A program made the position numbers and the translations under genes. The notes below the pieces were generated by a model. The model ran no database searches. It worked only from the letters and a program-made list of their open reading frames with translations, and had not been told where the DNA came from. This document shows, piece by piece, positions 18,815 through 27,356 of a stretch of 64,000 nt of DNA; positions within the stretch are counted from its first letter, which is position 1, and every line of letters starts with the position of its first letter. This stretch comes from an uncultured Candidatus Saccharibacteria bacterium (lineage in GTDB: Bacteria > Patescibacteriota > Minisyncoccia > Phycocordibacterales > GWA1-40-21): contig CAZTJK010000004.1 in the NCBI GenBank assembly GCA_964613715.1, positions 3,834 through 67,833 on the forward strand. The letters are read 5' to 3'.

Positions 18815-18949
18815 CTGAATATAGGCTAAAAACCGGCCATTTTCGAGCTTTCGAAAAAGCGCAAAAACGGATCCGGGCAATAGCCTACAACTCTAGTATC
18901 TCCACATGGAGGCCATACTTACATATATTAGTATGAAAAACAAGTGCAA

Positions 18950-18997
18950 AAAATAAACAAAAAGAGATGGGCACGCCCATCTCTTTTTGTTTATTTT
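18950..18997 (-). terminator. Long perfect inverted repeat, terminator of wHTH gene
   Basis: AAAATAAACAAAAAGAGATGGGC-AC-GCCCATCTCTTTTTGTTTATTTT. Confidence 0.8.
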
Positions 18998-19033
18998 GAT
19001 CCTATTACATTCCTAAGAAGAGAAAGTAATAGA

Positions 19034-20144
19034 TGTCCTTTATGCTAAGAAGTATTTTGACCAGCGGCGTTCGCCTTCTTTCTTCAATACTCCCTTAGCA
19101 ACCATGGCGATCAATTCCCTCTGAATAGTCTTGTCGCTGCAGCCTTTTATGTTCTTTGCAAAATCCTTGATGGTCAGCTTTGCACCGCCTTTGAGCATGG
19201 CAAGAATAATTTCCTGTCTGTTATTTTTGTCTTTGATCGGCTTATTTTCTTTTGATACTTTTATTTCAGACATTTCAGCAGGCAATTCAATTTTCTGATT
19301 GTCTTTAATAGGATTTTGTCCTTGAAAAAAGGCGGGCTGTTCTGCGATTACTGGCTTGATAGTGTCTGCTTTCTTGATCTGGTAAATATCGGTCGGAGCA
19401 AAATTGTAGTCTCCTTCAAAAAAGTTCTGGGGTACGGCAATCTTTGCTGAAGAATAATTCGCTGAGGATTCCAAGAGGAAATTCGTCAGTTTCTTCAACT
19501 CATCAGTGATGATCTGATGATTCATTGTTGAGATCATCTGGGCTGTCAGCGCCACATCAAAAAGCACGGTCATCTCGCAGAGCGCGTTCGACAGATTCTT
19601 CTGAAACAGGTCTTCGCCCCAGACTCTATCGGACATCGAGAGAGCAGTCGAAAGCATGTCAGTTGCGATCGCACGAAGCTTCCCTTTCATCGGTTCTGCA
19701 TCAGCCATGACGCCAGTCAAAAGATAGATGGCGGTGACCAGCCTTTCAGTCTTCTTAAAGACAAAAAGACCGTATGAATCTCCGGAAAACAATACGTCGA
19801 TATTAAGCTTGTTTTGCTGGATATTCTTGCTATCAGCACTCACCATATTGTTTTGATTTTGGCCTTCCATAGATGATATTGGTTATTAAACGTCTTTTAA
19901 AACTAGCTTGGAAAATATATGTCTTTTTTAATTTGTCTTTAAGAGATAAAAGGACAGTACTGTTGTATGTTTGCTATTATAATATGTCCTATAGAATTTG
20001 TAAAGTCCTTAAAAATAGTCCGAAATAGGCTGATACAATCGGCAATAGAGATGAAAAAAGAAGGTTTGAAAATAAGTATAAAAAGAGCAGCATTTTCAAG
20101 ATGGTATACAGGCATGCAAGAATGTTGTTTGATTCAAAAAGACA
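19034..20144. repeat. Dispersed array of short TGTC(C/T)TT-type repeats in and upstream of wHTH gene
   Basis: Copies at 19034, 19228, 19300, 19317, 19756(rc), 19891, 19920, 19934, 19947(rc), 19985, 20004, 20017, 20136(rc); some are degenerate. Confidence 0.65.
19040..19870 (-). CDS. DNA-binding protein with helical N-domain, low-complexity linker and C-terminal DeoR-like winged HTH
   Basis: RQEIILAML..LTIKDFAKNIKGCSDKTIQRELIAMVAKGVLKKEGERRWSKY. Confidence 0.8.
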   Translation of the reverse strand: MEGQNQNNMVSADSKNIQQNKLNIDVLFSGDSYGLFVFKKTERLVTAIYLLTGVMADAEPMKGKLRAIATDMLSTALSMSDRVWGEDLFQKNLSNALCEMTVLFDVALTAQMISTMNHQIITDELKKLTNFLLESSANYSSAKIAVPQNFFEGDYNFAPTDIYQIKKADTIKPVIAEQPAFFQGQNPIKDNQKIELPAEMSEIKVSKENKPIKDKNNRQEIILAMLKGGAKLTIKDFAKNIKGCSDKTIQRELIAMVAKGVLKKEGERRWSKYFLA

Positions 20145-20162
20145 AAACGAATTTTGGGGAAA

Positions 20163-20185
20163 TTATCCACAGCATTTGCTATAAT
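20163..20185 (+). promoter_or_regulatory. ftsK promoter: DnaA box adjacent to extended -10
   Basis: TTATCCACA (20163-20171) then TGcTATAAT (20177-20185), 11 nt before the ATG. Confidence 0.65.
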
Positions 20186-20196
20186 GAAGCTCATCT

Positions 20197-22476
20197 ATGG
20201 CGTCAAAACAAAAAGAAAAACCGGCAAAAAGAGGGTCGGAATCAACGGTATGGGAAAGCATCAAGAGCGAGACGAAACAGGCGATCATTGCAGTCGTTTT
20301 TTTCGTTTTTTTCATCATATTCCTTCTCGCTTCCTTTCATAAGGCAGGGTTCGTCGGGGACGAGATCTTCTACTGGCTTTCGGTGCTCCTCGGTATCGGA
20401 TACTTCCTGATTCCCCTCTTTTTCCTGATGCTCGCAATCTCCTTCTTTAAAGCAGAAGAAAAGGAATTCAATCGCATTAAGATCTTCGGCGGCATGCTCT
20501 TTTTCGTTTCCGGTCTCGGCATGATCGATCTCGTCTCGCGGACGTATTTCACGCCGGAAGGAGGCAAGCTCGGCTGGGTGATTTCGACGCCACTCTTGAA
20601 GCTCTTTGGTTTCGCGGCAAGCGCGATCATCCTGCTTGCCGTCATCGTCATTTCCTGTCTCGTCATCTTTGAAACGAAGCTCACGGTCGAGTCGCTTCTC
20701 TTCTGGAAGAAATCGAAGAAAAAGAAAGAACGCGATGAAGAGCCAGTGCGGAATCTCAAGATCATCGCGCCGCCAGAAGCGCCGGAACGCCCGCTTGAAG
20801 CAAAAAAAATCACCGAAGAAAAGACACCGGAAGAAAAAGAGAAAAAACCTGCGAAGAATACAGCGAATGGAAAGGAAGAGGGTGGTGAATTGAAAATGGC
20901 GAAGCGCTATGTGCTGGCAACCAATTACGTGCCGCCGCCGCTCTCGCTTCTTGAAGATGACCGCGGCAAATCAGTGAGCGGCGATATCAAGGCGAATGCG
21001 AATATCATCAAACGCACGCTTCAGAACTTTGGCATTGATGTGGAAATGGATGAGGTATCCATCGGCCCGTCGGTGACCCGCTATGCGCTGAAGCCTGCGG
21101 AGGGCGTGAAGATCTCGCGCATCCTCGGATTACAAAACGATCTTGCGCTTGCCCTTGCCGCACATCCGCTCCGCATCGAAGCACCCATCCCGGGCAAATC
21201 GCTCGTCGGCATCGAAATTCCAAATGCTACAAAATCCACGGTCGGCCTCGGTTCCCTGCTCTCAGCTGATGAATTCCAGAAATCGGAGAAGCCGCTTCTC
21301 GTTGCGCTCGGCCGTGGCATTTCCGGCATGACCCATTTCGCCAATATCGCGAAAATGCCACATGTACTCGTCGCAGGCGCTACCGGCTCCGGAAAATCGG
21401 TAACGATCCATGCAATCATCACTTCCCTCCTGTACCGCAATTCGCCGGAAAATCTGCGCTTCATTATGGTGGACCCGAAGCGTGTCGAGCTGACCCTCTA
21501 TAATAAGATCCCGCACCTCCTCACGCCGGTCATCACTGATGCGAAAAAAACCATCCTTGCCCTGAAATGGGCCACCAAGGAAATGGATCGCCGCTATGAT
21601 GTCCTCGAGTCGAATGCAGTAAAAGATATAGATTCCTACCATAAGAATGTCTATGCTCCGGCAGCGAAGAAGATCGAGGAACTCAAGAAAGCTGGAAAAT
21701 ACAAGGAGGATAAGGATGCATTGCCGGAACCGATGCCATATATCGTCATCGTTATCGACGAGCTTGCCGATATCATGATGGCCTATCCTCGCGAGCTTGA
21801 GGCTGGCATTGTGCGCCTCGCGCAGATGTCCCGTGCGGTCGGCATCCACCTCATGCTCTCCACGCAGCGCCCGTCGGTGAACGTCATCACTGGCATCATC
21901 AAGGCGAATATCCCAGCGAGAATCGCCTTGCAGGTGGTTTCTCAGATCGATTCCCGCACAATTCTCGACACGCCGGGCGCGGAAAAACTCCTCGGCGCAG
22001 GCGACATGCTCTATATCGGTGGCGAAATGTCGAAGCCGGTGCGCATCCAATCGGCATTCGTTTCCGAAAAGGAAGTGAAGGATGTAGCAAAATATCTGGC
22101 CAATGCCTATAAAGACGAGCTGATCGGCAGCGAGATCGACCTTGGCGGCAGCGAAACGGGAGGCAATACAAGCGACCTCGGCGGCGTATCACTCGATGAC
22201 GATGACAATGACGAATTATACGAGCAGGCAAAGGACGAGGTGCTGAAAGCCGGCAAAGCATCGACCTCGTATCTGCAGCGCAAGCTTCGCGTCGGCTATG
22301 CCCGCGCGGCGCGGCTCATCGATCTCTTGGAACAGAAAGGCGTCATCGGCCCGGGAGACGGCGCAAAACCGCGCGAAGTCATCGGCGGCGCCAAACCTGC
22401 TGACGAATCCGACGACATTGATCCGGTCGCCAAAAAGCAGCTCGATGAGATGCGAAGTGACGGCGACTATCTCTAA
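20197..22476 (+). CDS. ftsK: DNA translocase FtsK/SpoIIIE
   Basis: N-terminal TM region; RIEAPIPGKS, AGATGSGKS, IDELAD, STQRPS, gamma domain LQRKLRVGYARAARL. Confidence 0.97.
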   Translation: MASKQKEKPAKRGSESTVWESIKSETKQAIIAVVFFVFFIIFLLASFHKAGFVGDEIFYWLSVLLGIGYFLIPLFFLMLAISFFKAEEKEFNRIKIFGGMLFFVSGLGMIDLVSRTYFTPEGGKLGWVISTPLLKLFGFAASAIILLAVIVISCLVIFETKLTVESLLFWKKSKKKKERDEEPVRNLKIIAPPEAPERPLEAKKITEEKTPEEKEKKPAKNTANGKEEGGELKMAKRYVLATNYVPPPLSLLEDDRGKSVSGDIKANANIIKRTLQNFGIDVEMDEVSIGPSVTRYALKPAEGVKISRILGLQNDLALALAAHPLRIEAPIPGKSLVGIEIPNATKSTVGLGSLLSADEFQKSEKPLLVALGRGISGMTHFANIAKMPHVLVAGATGSGKSVTIHAIITSLLYRNSPENLRFIMVDPKRVELTLYNKIPHLLTPVITDAKKTILALKWATKEMDRRYDVLESNAVKDIDSYHKNVYAPAAKKIEELKKAGKYKEDKDALPEPMPYIVIVIDELADIMMAYPRELEAGIVRLAQMSRAVGIHLMLSTQRPSVNVITGIIKANIPARIALQVVSQIDSRTILDTPGAEKLLGAGDMLYIGGEMSKPVRIQSAFVSEKEVKDVAKYLANAYKDELIGSEIDLGGSETGGNTSDLGGVSLDDDDNDELYEQAKDEVLKAGKASTSYLQRKLRVGYARAARLIDLLEQKGVIGPGDGAKPREVIGGAKPADESDDIDPVAKKQLDEMRSDGDYL

Positions 22477-22493
22477 ACGCGCATTCCCGAGGC

Positions 22494-22856
22494 ATGACTG
22501 AACGCTACAAGACCAGAAAGCATCTCGCGATCATCATAACGCTCTTCCTCCTGCTCCTCGTCGGTGGCTACACTGCCTATGAGGTGCAGAAGGTGGTATC
22601 GGGACCGCAAATTATGCTCCTTTCCCCCGAGGATGGCGCATTCGTTTCGACATCAAGCATCATGATTTCCGGCACTGCGACAAATGTGAGCGTAATCAGC
22701 CTCGATGATCGCAAGATTTTCATTGATGAGGCGGGCAATTTCAAAGAGGAGATGCTGCTCTCCCCCGGATATAATATCTTCAAGCTTGATGCGAGCGACA
22801 AATTCGGCAGCACGATAGAAAAAACCGTCGAGGTGATCTATAAGCCTGTGCTATAA
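22494..22856 (+). CDS. Single-TM protein with Ig-like domain
   Basis: TM segment then [26 protein letters not shown]. Confidence 0.75.
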   Translation: MTERYKTRKHLAIIITLFLLLLVGGYTAYEVQKVVSGPQIMLLSPEDGAFVSTSSIMISGTATNVSVISLDDRKIFIDEAGNFKEEMLLSPGYNIFKLDASDKFGSTIEKTVEVIYKPVL

Positions 22857-22867
22857 TCAGCATATAT

Positions 22868-23911
22868 ATGAAAAAGAAACAGAAAAAAGAGGAAGGCGAA
22901 GTCGCAATGGAAACGGCTCGAAGCGAAGAAAAAAGCATCAAGTCAGTCGAAAGCGCCATGAAGGCGATACAGACCAAATTCGGCGACGAAGCGATCATGA
23001 TGCTTGGCGAGAAGCCAAAGGTGAACGTGAATGTCATCCCGACCGGCTCGATCGGTCTCGACGCTGCGCTTGGCGTCGGCGGATATCCGCGCGGCAGGAT
23101 CATCGAGATATTCGGCCCCGAATCATCCGGCAAGACCACGCTTGCCCTCCATGCAGTCGCGGAAGCGCAGTCTATGGGCGGCATCTGCGCATATATAGAT
23201 GCAGAGCATGCGATGGACCCAGAATACGCAAAGAAGCTCGGCGTCAAAATCGACCAGCTGCTCATTTCTCAACCGGATACCGGCGAACAAGCGCTTGATA
23301 TCGTCGACTCTCTCGTGCGCAGCGGCAATATCGATGTCATCATCGTCGACTCGGTGGCAGCGCTTACTCCAAAAGACGAGATCGAGGGCGATATGGGCGC
23401 ATACCATGTGGGCAAGCAGGCCCGCCTCATGTCCCAGGCGCTCCGCAAGCTCACCTCCATCGTCGCAAAATCAAAGACGGTGGTCATCTTCATCAACCAG
23501 ATCCGCATGCAGATCGGCGTCATGTTCGGCAACCCGGAAACGACTCCGGGCGGCAAGGCACTCAAGTTCTATACCTCCGTGCGCCTCGATATCCGCCGCA
23601 TCGCGCAAATCAAGAAGGGTGAAGAAATCATGGGCGGCCGCGTGCGCGTGAAAGTGGTGAAGAATAAAGTCGCGGCGCCGTTCAAGCAGACCGAATTCGA
23701 TCTCATGTACAATGAAGGCATCTCGCGTGAAGGCGAAATCCTCGCACTCGGCGAAAAAATGATGCTGATCAAGAAATCCGGCTCGTCTTACGAATACGGC
23801 GAGACCAAGCTCGGCCGCGGCTATGACGCAGCGCGCACGTTCCTGAAAGAAAATATGAAGATCGAGAACGAGATCTTGAAACAGATACGCGCGAAGCTGA
23901 AAGAATCATAA
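22868..23911 (+). CDS. recA: Recombinase RecA
   Basis: [51 protein letters not shown]. Confidence 0.99.
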   Translation: MKKKQKKEEGEVAMETARSEEKSIKSVESAMKAIQTKFGDEAIMMLGEKPKVNVNVIPTGSIGLDAALGVGGYPRGRIIEIFGPESSGKTTLALHAVAEAQSMGGICAYIDAEHAMDPEYAKKLGVKIDQLLISQPDTGEQALDIVDSLVRSGNIDVIIVDSVAALTPKDEIEGDMGAYHVGKQARLMSQALRKLTSIVAKSKTVVIFINQIRMQIGVMFGNPETTPGGKALKFYTSVRLDIRRIAQIKKGEEIMGGRVRVKVVKNKVAAPFKQTEFDLMYNEGISREGEILALGEKMMLIKKSGSSYEYGETKLGRGYDAARTFLKENMKIENEILKQIRAKLKES

Positions 23912-23915
23912 CCAT

Positions 23916-24062
23916 ATGGCGAACATACACTGGTTTATCCTGATTGTGCTTGGTGCGGCAATGATGTATGTGCCAAGACTGAATATCACCTTCAGTATAT
24001 CGCTTGGCTTGGTGCTCCTCATTCTCGGCATATTCGGCCTGATACGAGGGCTCTTCAAATAA
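23916..24062 (+). CDS. Small two-TM protein (48 aa, absent from the ORF track)
   Basis: MANIHWFILIVLGAAMMYVPRLNITFSISLGLVLLILGIFGLIRGLFK fills the gap between recA and the terminator. Confidence 0.55.
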   Translation: MANIHWFILIVLGAAMMYVPRLNITFSISLGLVLLILGIFGLIRGLFK

Positions 24063-24092
24063 ACAAAAACCGCCTTCCGGCGGTTTTTGTTT
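24061..24092. terminator. Bidirectional terminator between recA unit and efp
   Basis: AAACAAAAACCGCC-TTCC-GGCGGTTTTTGTTT. Confidence 0.8.
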
Positions 24093-24095
24093 GTC

Positions 24096-24671
24096 TTATT
24101 TGGTTACGCGGCCGACATACTCCCCTGTCTCGGTATTCACGATCGCAATATCTTTTTCGGTGATGAAGAGCGGAGCATTGATGATGGCGCCGGACTCGAG
24201 CGTCACTTGCTTCGTGGCATTCGTCGAGGTATCGCCTTTGACTGCTGGCGGCGCTTCGACGACTTTCAGCTCGACTTTGATTGGCAGATGCACGCCGATG
24301 ATCTTCTCGTCGAAAATCGCAGTCTCGATGATCGAATTCGGCTTCATGAATTTTGCCGGCGTGCCGATGGCCGCTTCGGAAAGGTTGAAGCGATTCTTCG
24401 GATCATTCGGATCGGAGAACCAGTAGAGATTCTTGTTATCCTTGTACATGAACTTTGCATCCTTGTAGGTGATTTCCGCTTCCGCGACGCGCTCGGACTG
24501 ATGGAATGTGATTTCCACGACCTTGCCGCTTACCATATGCTTGAGCTTGGCGACATTCACTGCTTTATAGCCGCCTTTGGAGCCGATCTGGCTGGCTACC
24601 ACCTCGTATGGTTCGCCATCATAGAGGATGGTCGTTCTCGGCTTTATTTCATTGTAATTCAGAAGCGCCAT
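24096..24671 (-). CDS. efp: Elongation factor P (divergent loop)
   Basis: LPIKVELKVVEAPPAVKGDT, KQVTLESG, PLFI, VNTETGEYVGR. Confidence 0.93.
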   Translation of the reverse strand: MALLNYNEIKPRTTILYDGEPYEVVASQIGSKGGYKAVNVAKLKHMVSGKVVEITFHQSERVAEAEITYKDAKFMYKDNKNLYWFSDPNDPKNRFNLSEAAIGTPAKFMKPNSIIETAIFDEKIIGVHLPIKVELKVVEAPPAVKGDTSTNATKQVTLESGAIINAPLFITEKDIAIVNTETGEYVGRVTK

Positions 24672-24722
24672 GTGTTTTTATGTTTATTGCAGGACTGATT
24701 CTATCGGATTTTTGCGGAAAAA

Positions 24723-24757
24723 CAAGGGGCCGGGCCGCAAAGCGGCCCGGCCCCTTG
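24723..24757. repeat. GC-rich palindrome/terminator after rpsR
   Basis: CAAGGGGCCGGGCCGC-AAA-GCGGCCCGGCCCCTTG; core stem identical to 38515-38537. Confidence 0.7.
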
Positions 24758-24766
24758 CATGAACCG

Positions 24767-24967
24767 TTATTTCGCGACAAATGGCAGGAGAGCCATGAAG
24801 CGGGCGCGCTTCACTGCCTCGGCGAGCTGGCGCTGGCTCTTGGCATTCACGAAGGTCTTCTTCTTGCCCATGAGGCGTGCATGCGGATTCAGGAACTTCT
24901 TCAGGAGCTCCACATCCTTGTAATCGACGTATTTGATATTATTCTGCGAAAAAAAGCACTGTTTCAT
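24767..24967 (-). CDS. rpsR: 30S ribosomal protein S18
   Basis: VDYKDVELLKKF, QRQLAEAVKRARFMALLPF. Confidence 0.97.
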   Translation of the reverse strand: MKQCFFSQNNIKYVDYKDVELLKKFLNPHARLMGKKKTFVNAKSQRQLAEAVKRARFMALLPFVAK

Positions 24968-25005
24968 AGAAAATGGATAGTACTATAGTTTATAGTTTTC
25001 TGCAA

Positions 25006-25455
25006 CTAGAACGGAATATCGTCTGGGTTGATCTCTTCGGACGGATACTCGATAGTATCCATCTCGGGCATCTTCGACTTCGGCGCGCTTGGCGCATCTG
25101 ACGCTTGAGCGCTGCCGCCCATAGCGCCCGACGGGCCGAACTGGAAATTCTCGACGACAATCTCGGTGCGATATTTCTTTGAACCGTCGTTCTTATCATC
25201 CCAGCTTCTCGTCTCGATGCGTCCTTCGACAAAAAGCGATCGGCCTTTCTTCATATACTGGGCAATGAGCTCGGCTGGTTTGCCATACGCGACGATATTG
25301 TGAAAGGTGGAGGAATCCTTCTTCACGCCGTTTGCATCCTTCCAGCTGCGATTCGTCGCCAAGCCGAAATTCGCCACCTTCATACCCGACGGCAAGGATT
25401 TCAATTCCGGATCGCGGGTCAGATTGCCGAACAGGAATGCCTTGTTGATATTCAT
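25006..25455 (-). CDS. ssb: Single-stranded DNA-binding protein
   Basis: GNLTRDPEL, VEGRIETRSW, acidic tail DDIPF. Confidence 0.98.
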   Translation of the reverse strand: MNINKAFLFGNLTRDPELKSLPSGMKVANFGLATNRSWKDANGVKKDSSTFHNIVAYGKPAELIAQYMKKGRSLFVEGRIETRSWDDKNDGSKKYRTEIVVENFQFGPSGAMGGSAQASDAPSAPKSKMPEMDTIEYPSEEINPDDIPF

Positions 25456-25467
25456 GAGAACAGTATA

Positions 25468-25986
25468 CTATATTCCCACTTCCTGCGATACGAACTGGTC
25501 GATAGACTTGTCGATTTCCTCAATCGAGGCAGATTTTTCCTCAGCCTTTCCTGATGTGCTCTTCGGTGCGAAATTCGTCTTGATCTTGCCTTCCTTGTCG
25601 GAAAAAACCGTGATCTTCGGAGAGTACATGGTATTTTCACGGACCGTCTTCACGATGAGATAGCGCAGGACATTCTCATTCCCTTTGAGCGCAGCATCGA
25701 TCGCTGCGATATCGCCAGCTTCCGGCAGCTCGAACTTCACGAAGCCGAAATATGCCGTATCGAATGTCTTATACAGGCCGCCGAATGCTTTCTTGATAGC
25801 GTATGCAAGCGGGCGGAGCTTTGGCGCCTCTTCGGCGATGACGATCGCCTTTTCCTTTGCCAATACTGCCGCGATCTTCGCCGCTTCGGCCGGAATATTT
25901 TCCTCCGCAATGGAAGAAATAAGGTGGTAGCCCACCTCGTAGATCCGTTCACCGCTTATTTTCGGTGCTTTCTCCTTTTTACTCAT
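25468..25986 (-). CDS. rpsF: 30S ribosomal protein S6 with C-terminal extension
   Basis: YEVGY, LAYAIKK, VLRYLIVK; rpsF-ssb-rpsR order. Confidence 0.9.
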   Translation of the reverse strand: MSKKEKAPKISGERIYEVGYHLISSIAEENIPAEAAKIAAVLAKEKAIVIAEEAPKLRPLAYAIKKAFGGLYKTFDTAYFGFVKFELPEAGDIAAIDAALKGNENVLRYLIVKTVRENTMYSPKITVFSDKEGKIKTNFAPKSTSGKAEEKSASIEEIDKSIDQFVSQEVGI

Positions 25987-26032
25987 AGGACAAGACAATA
26001 GCACACTCAAGAGGCCATTGCAAACGGTTTTG

Positions 26033-27301
26033 CTAGAATTTCAAGACATCCGAAAACTCCTTTTTATCCTTGAATTTCCCCACAACGGCGAGATTGAGCC
26101 CTTCGTTCTTGAAGATACGCTCGGCGACGAATTTCACGTCCGCAGCCGTCACTGCCTTCACTTCCTTGATAAGCTCATCGGCAGTCTTCAGTTTTTCATT
26201 GAGCACCTCCTGCATGCCGAAGAATTCAGCGAGCGAATCAGACGATTCAAGACCGAGGTTCTGGGTACCGATGAGATAGCGCTTTGCCTTTTCAAGCTCA
26301 TCGGCAGAAATCACCTCGGTTTTCAGGCGGCGAAGCTCGCCGACAATCGCACTCACCCCTTCTTTGACCCGCTTGCTGTCGACACCGGACGAGACGGCAA
26401 AGACGCCGTGATCGGTAAATGAATCGTTGTCCGCATGCACGCTGTAGCAGATGCCGAGCTCTTCGCGCATTTTCATAAAGAGGCGCGAGCTGAAACCACC
26501 AGACAGGATACTGCGAATGACGCGTAGCACCGGAGCATATTTACTATGTACATTGAATGAGCGCACGCCGACGATGATATGCGTCTGATCAGTATCTTTG
26601 TAATAGACTGTCGCAGCCGGCGACCCTTGGAACTCGGCGACTTTCTGCTTGTCCCCTTTCTTCCAGGTGCCCGCCTTCTGGAACAGCTTCATCACTTTTT
26701 TCTGTACGTCCTTTTCGCTGATCTTTCCGGCCACAATGACCGTCGTTGCCGGGGCAACATAGTGCTTGCCGCGATAGTCGATGAAATCGGCACGCTTGGT
26801 CTTCAGGATATTCTCCTTGGGCCCAAGTATTTTCCAGCCAGCCGGCTGATCCCCATACAAGAGCTTATAGAATTCATCTGCAGCGATTGAGGACGGCAAA
26901 TCCATGTGGCGGTTGATCTCCTCGATGATGACGCCCTTTTCCTTTTCTATTTCTGCTTCTGGAAAGGTCGGGTTCAGATAGATATCGGAGACGACATCGA
27001 GCACCGTGTCGAGATTCTTATAATCCGCCTTGGCATAATAGCCGGTATATTCGTGGCCGGTGAATGCATTGTAGATCGCGCCGATGCCGTCGAGCTCTTT
27101 GGAAATATCCTTGGATGTCGGGCGATTCGTCGTACCCTTGAAGCACATATGCTCGAGAAAATGCGAGATGCCATTATTGTCCTTGTGCTCGTATTTGGAG
27201 CCAGTCTCGACGAGGATGAGCACGGTGACCGTCGGATTCGACTTCATCGGCACCGTGATGACCCGCAGGCCGTTCTTCAAAATTTTTTTCGTATATTGCA
27301 T
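26033..27301 (-). CDS. M16 (pitrilysin) family zinc peptidase
   Basis: GISHFLEHMCFKGT (HxxEH), NAFT, EKEKGVIIEE, SSRLF..REELG. Confidence 0.93.
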   Translation of the reverse strand: MQYTKKILKNGLRVITVPMKSNPTVTVLILVETGSKYEHKDNNGISHFLEHMCFKGTTNRPTSKDISKELDGIGAIYNAFTGHEYTGYYAKADYKNLDTVLDVVSDIYLNPTFPEAEIEKEKGVIIEEINRHMDLPSSIAADEFYKLLYGDQPAGWKILGPKENILKTKRADFIDYRGKHYVAPATTVIVAGKISEKDVQKKVMKLFQKAGTWKKGDKQKVAEFQGSPAATVYYKDTDQTHIIVGVRSFNVHSKYAPVLRVIRSILSGGFSSRLFMKMREELGICYSVHADNDSFTDHGVFAVSSGVDSKRVKEGVSAIVGELRRLKTEVISADELEKAKRYLIGTQNLGLESSDSLAEFFGMQEVLNEKLKTADELIKEVKAVTAADVKFVAERIFKNEGLNLAVVGKFKDKKEFSDVLKF

Positions 27302-27316
27302 AAGAAGAATATAGCA

Positions 27317-27356
27317 TAAAAAAATACGCCTGCCGACAGGCAGGCGTATTTTTTTA
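27317..27356 (-). terminator. Hairpin after glyQS
   Basis: AAAAAAATACGCCTGCC-GACA-GGCAGGCGTATTTTTTT. Confidence 0.75.

Noticed and set aside
18780-20196. oriC call for the AT-rich, DnaA-box-flanked region
   Set aside because: Only two boxes 1.35 kb apart, no dnaA/dnaN nearby, and gene orientation stays mostly minus on both sides; GC skew could not be computed
19967-20410. 147 aa ORF upstream of and overlapping ftsK
   Set aside because: Runs through the repeat/promoter region and out of frame into ftsK; composition is not protein-like
27326-27347. CGCCTGCCGACAGGCAGGCG as a mobile palindromic repeat (partial look-alikes at 7310 and 47979)
   Set aside because: Only one full copy in the window, adequately explained as the glyQS terminator
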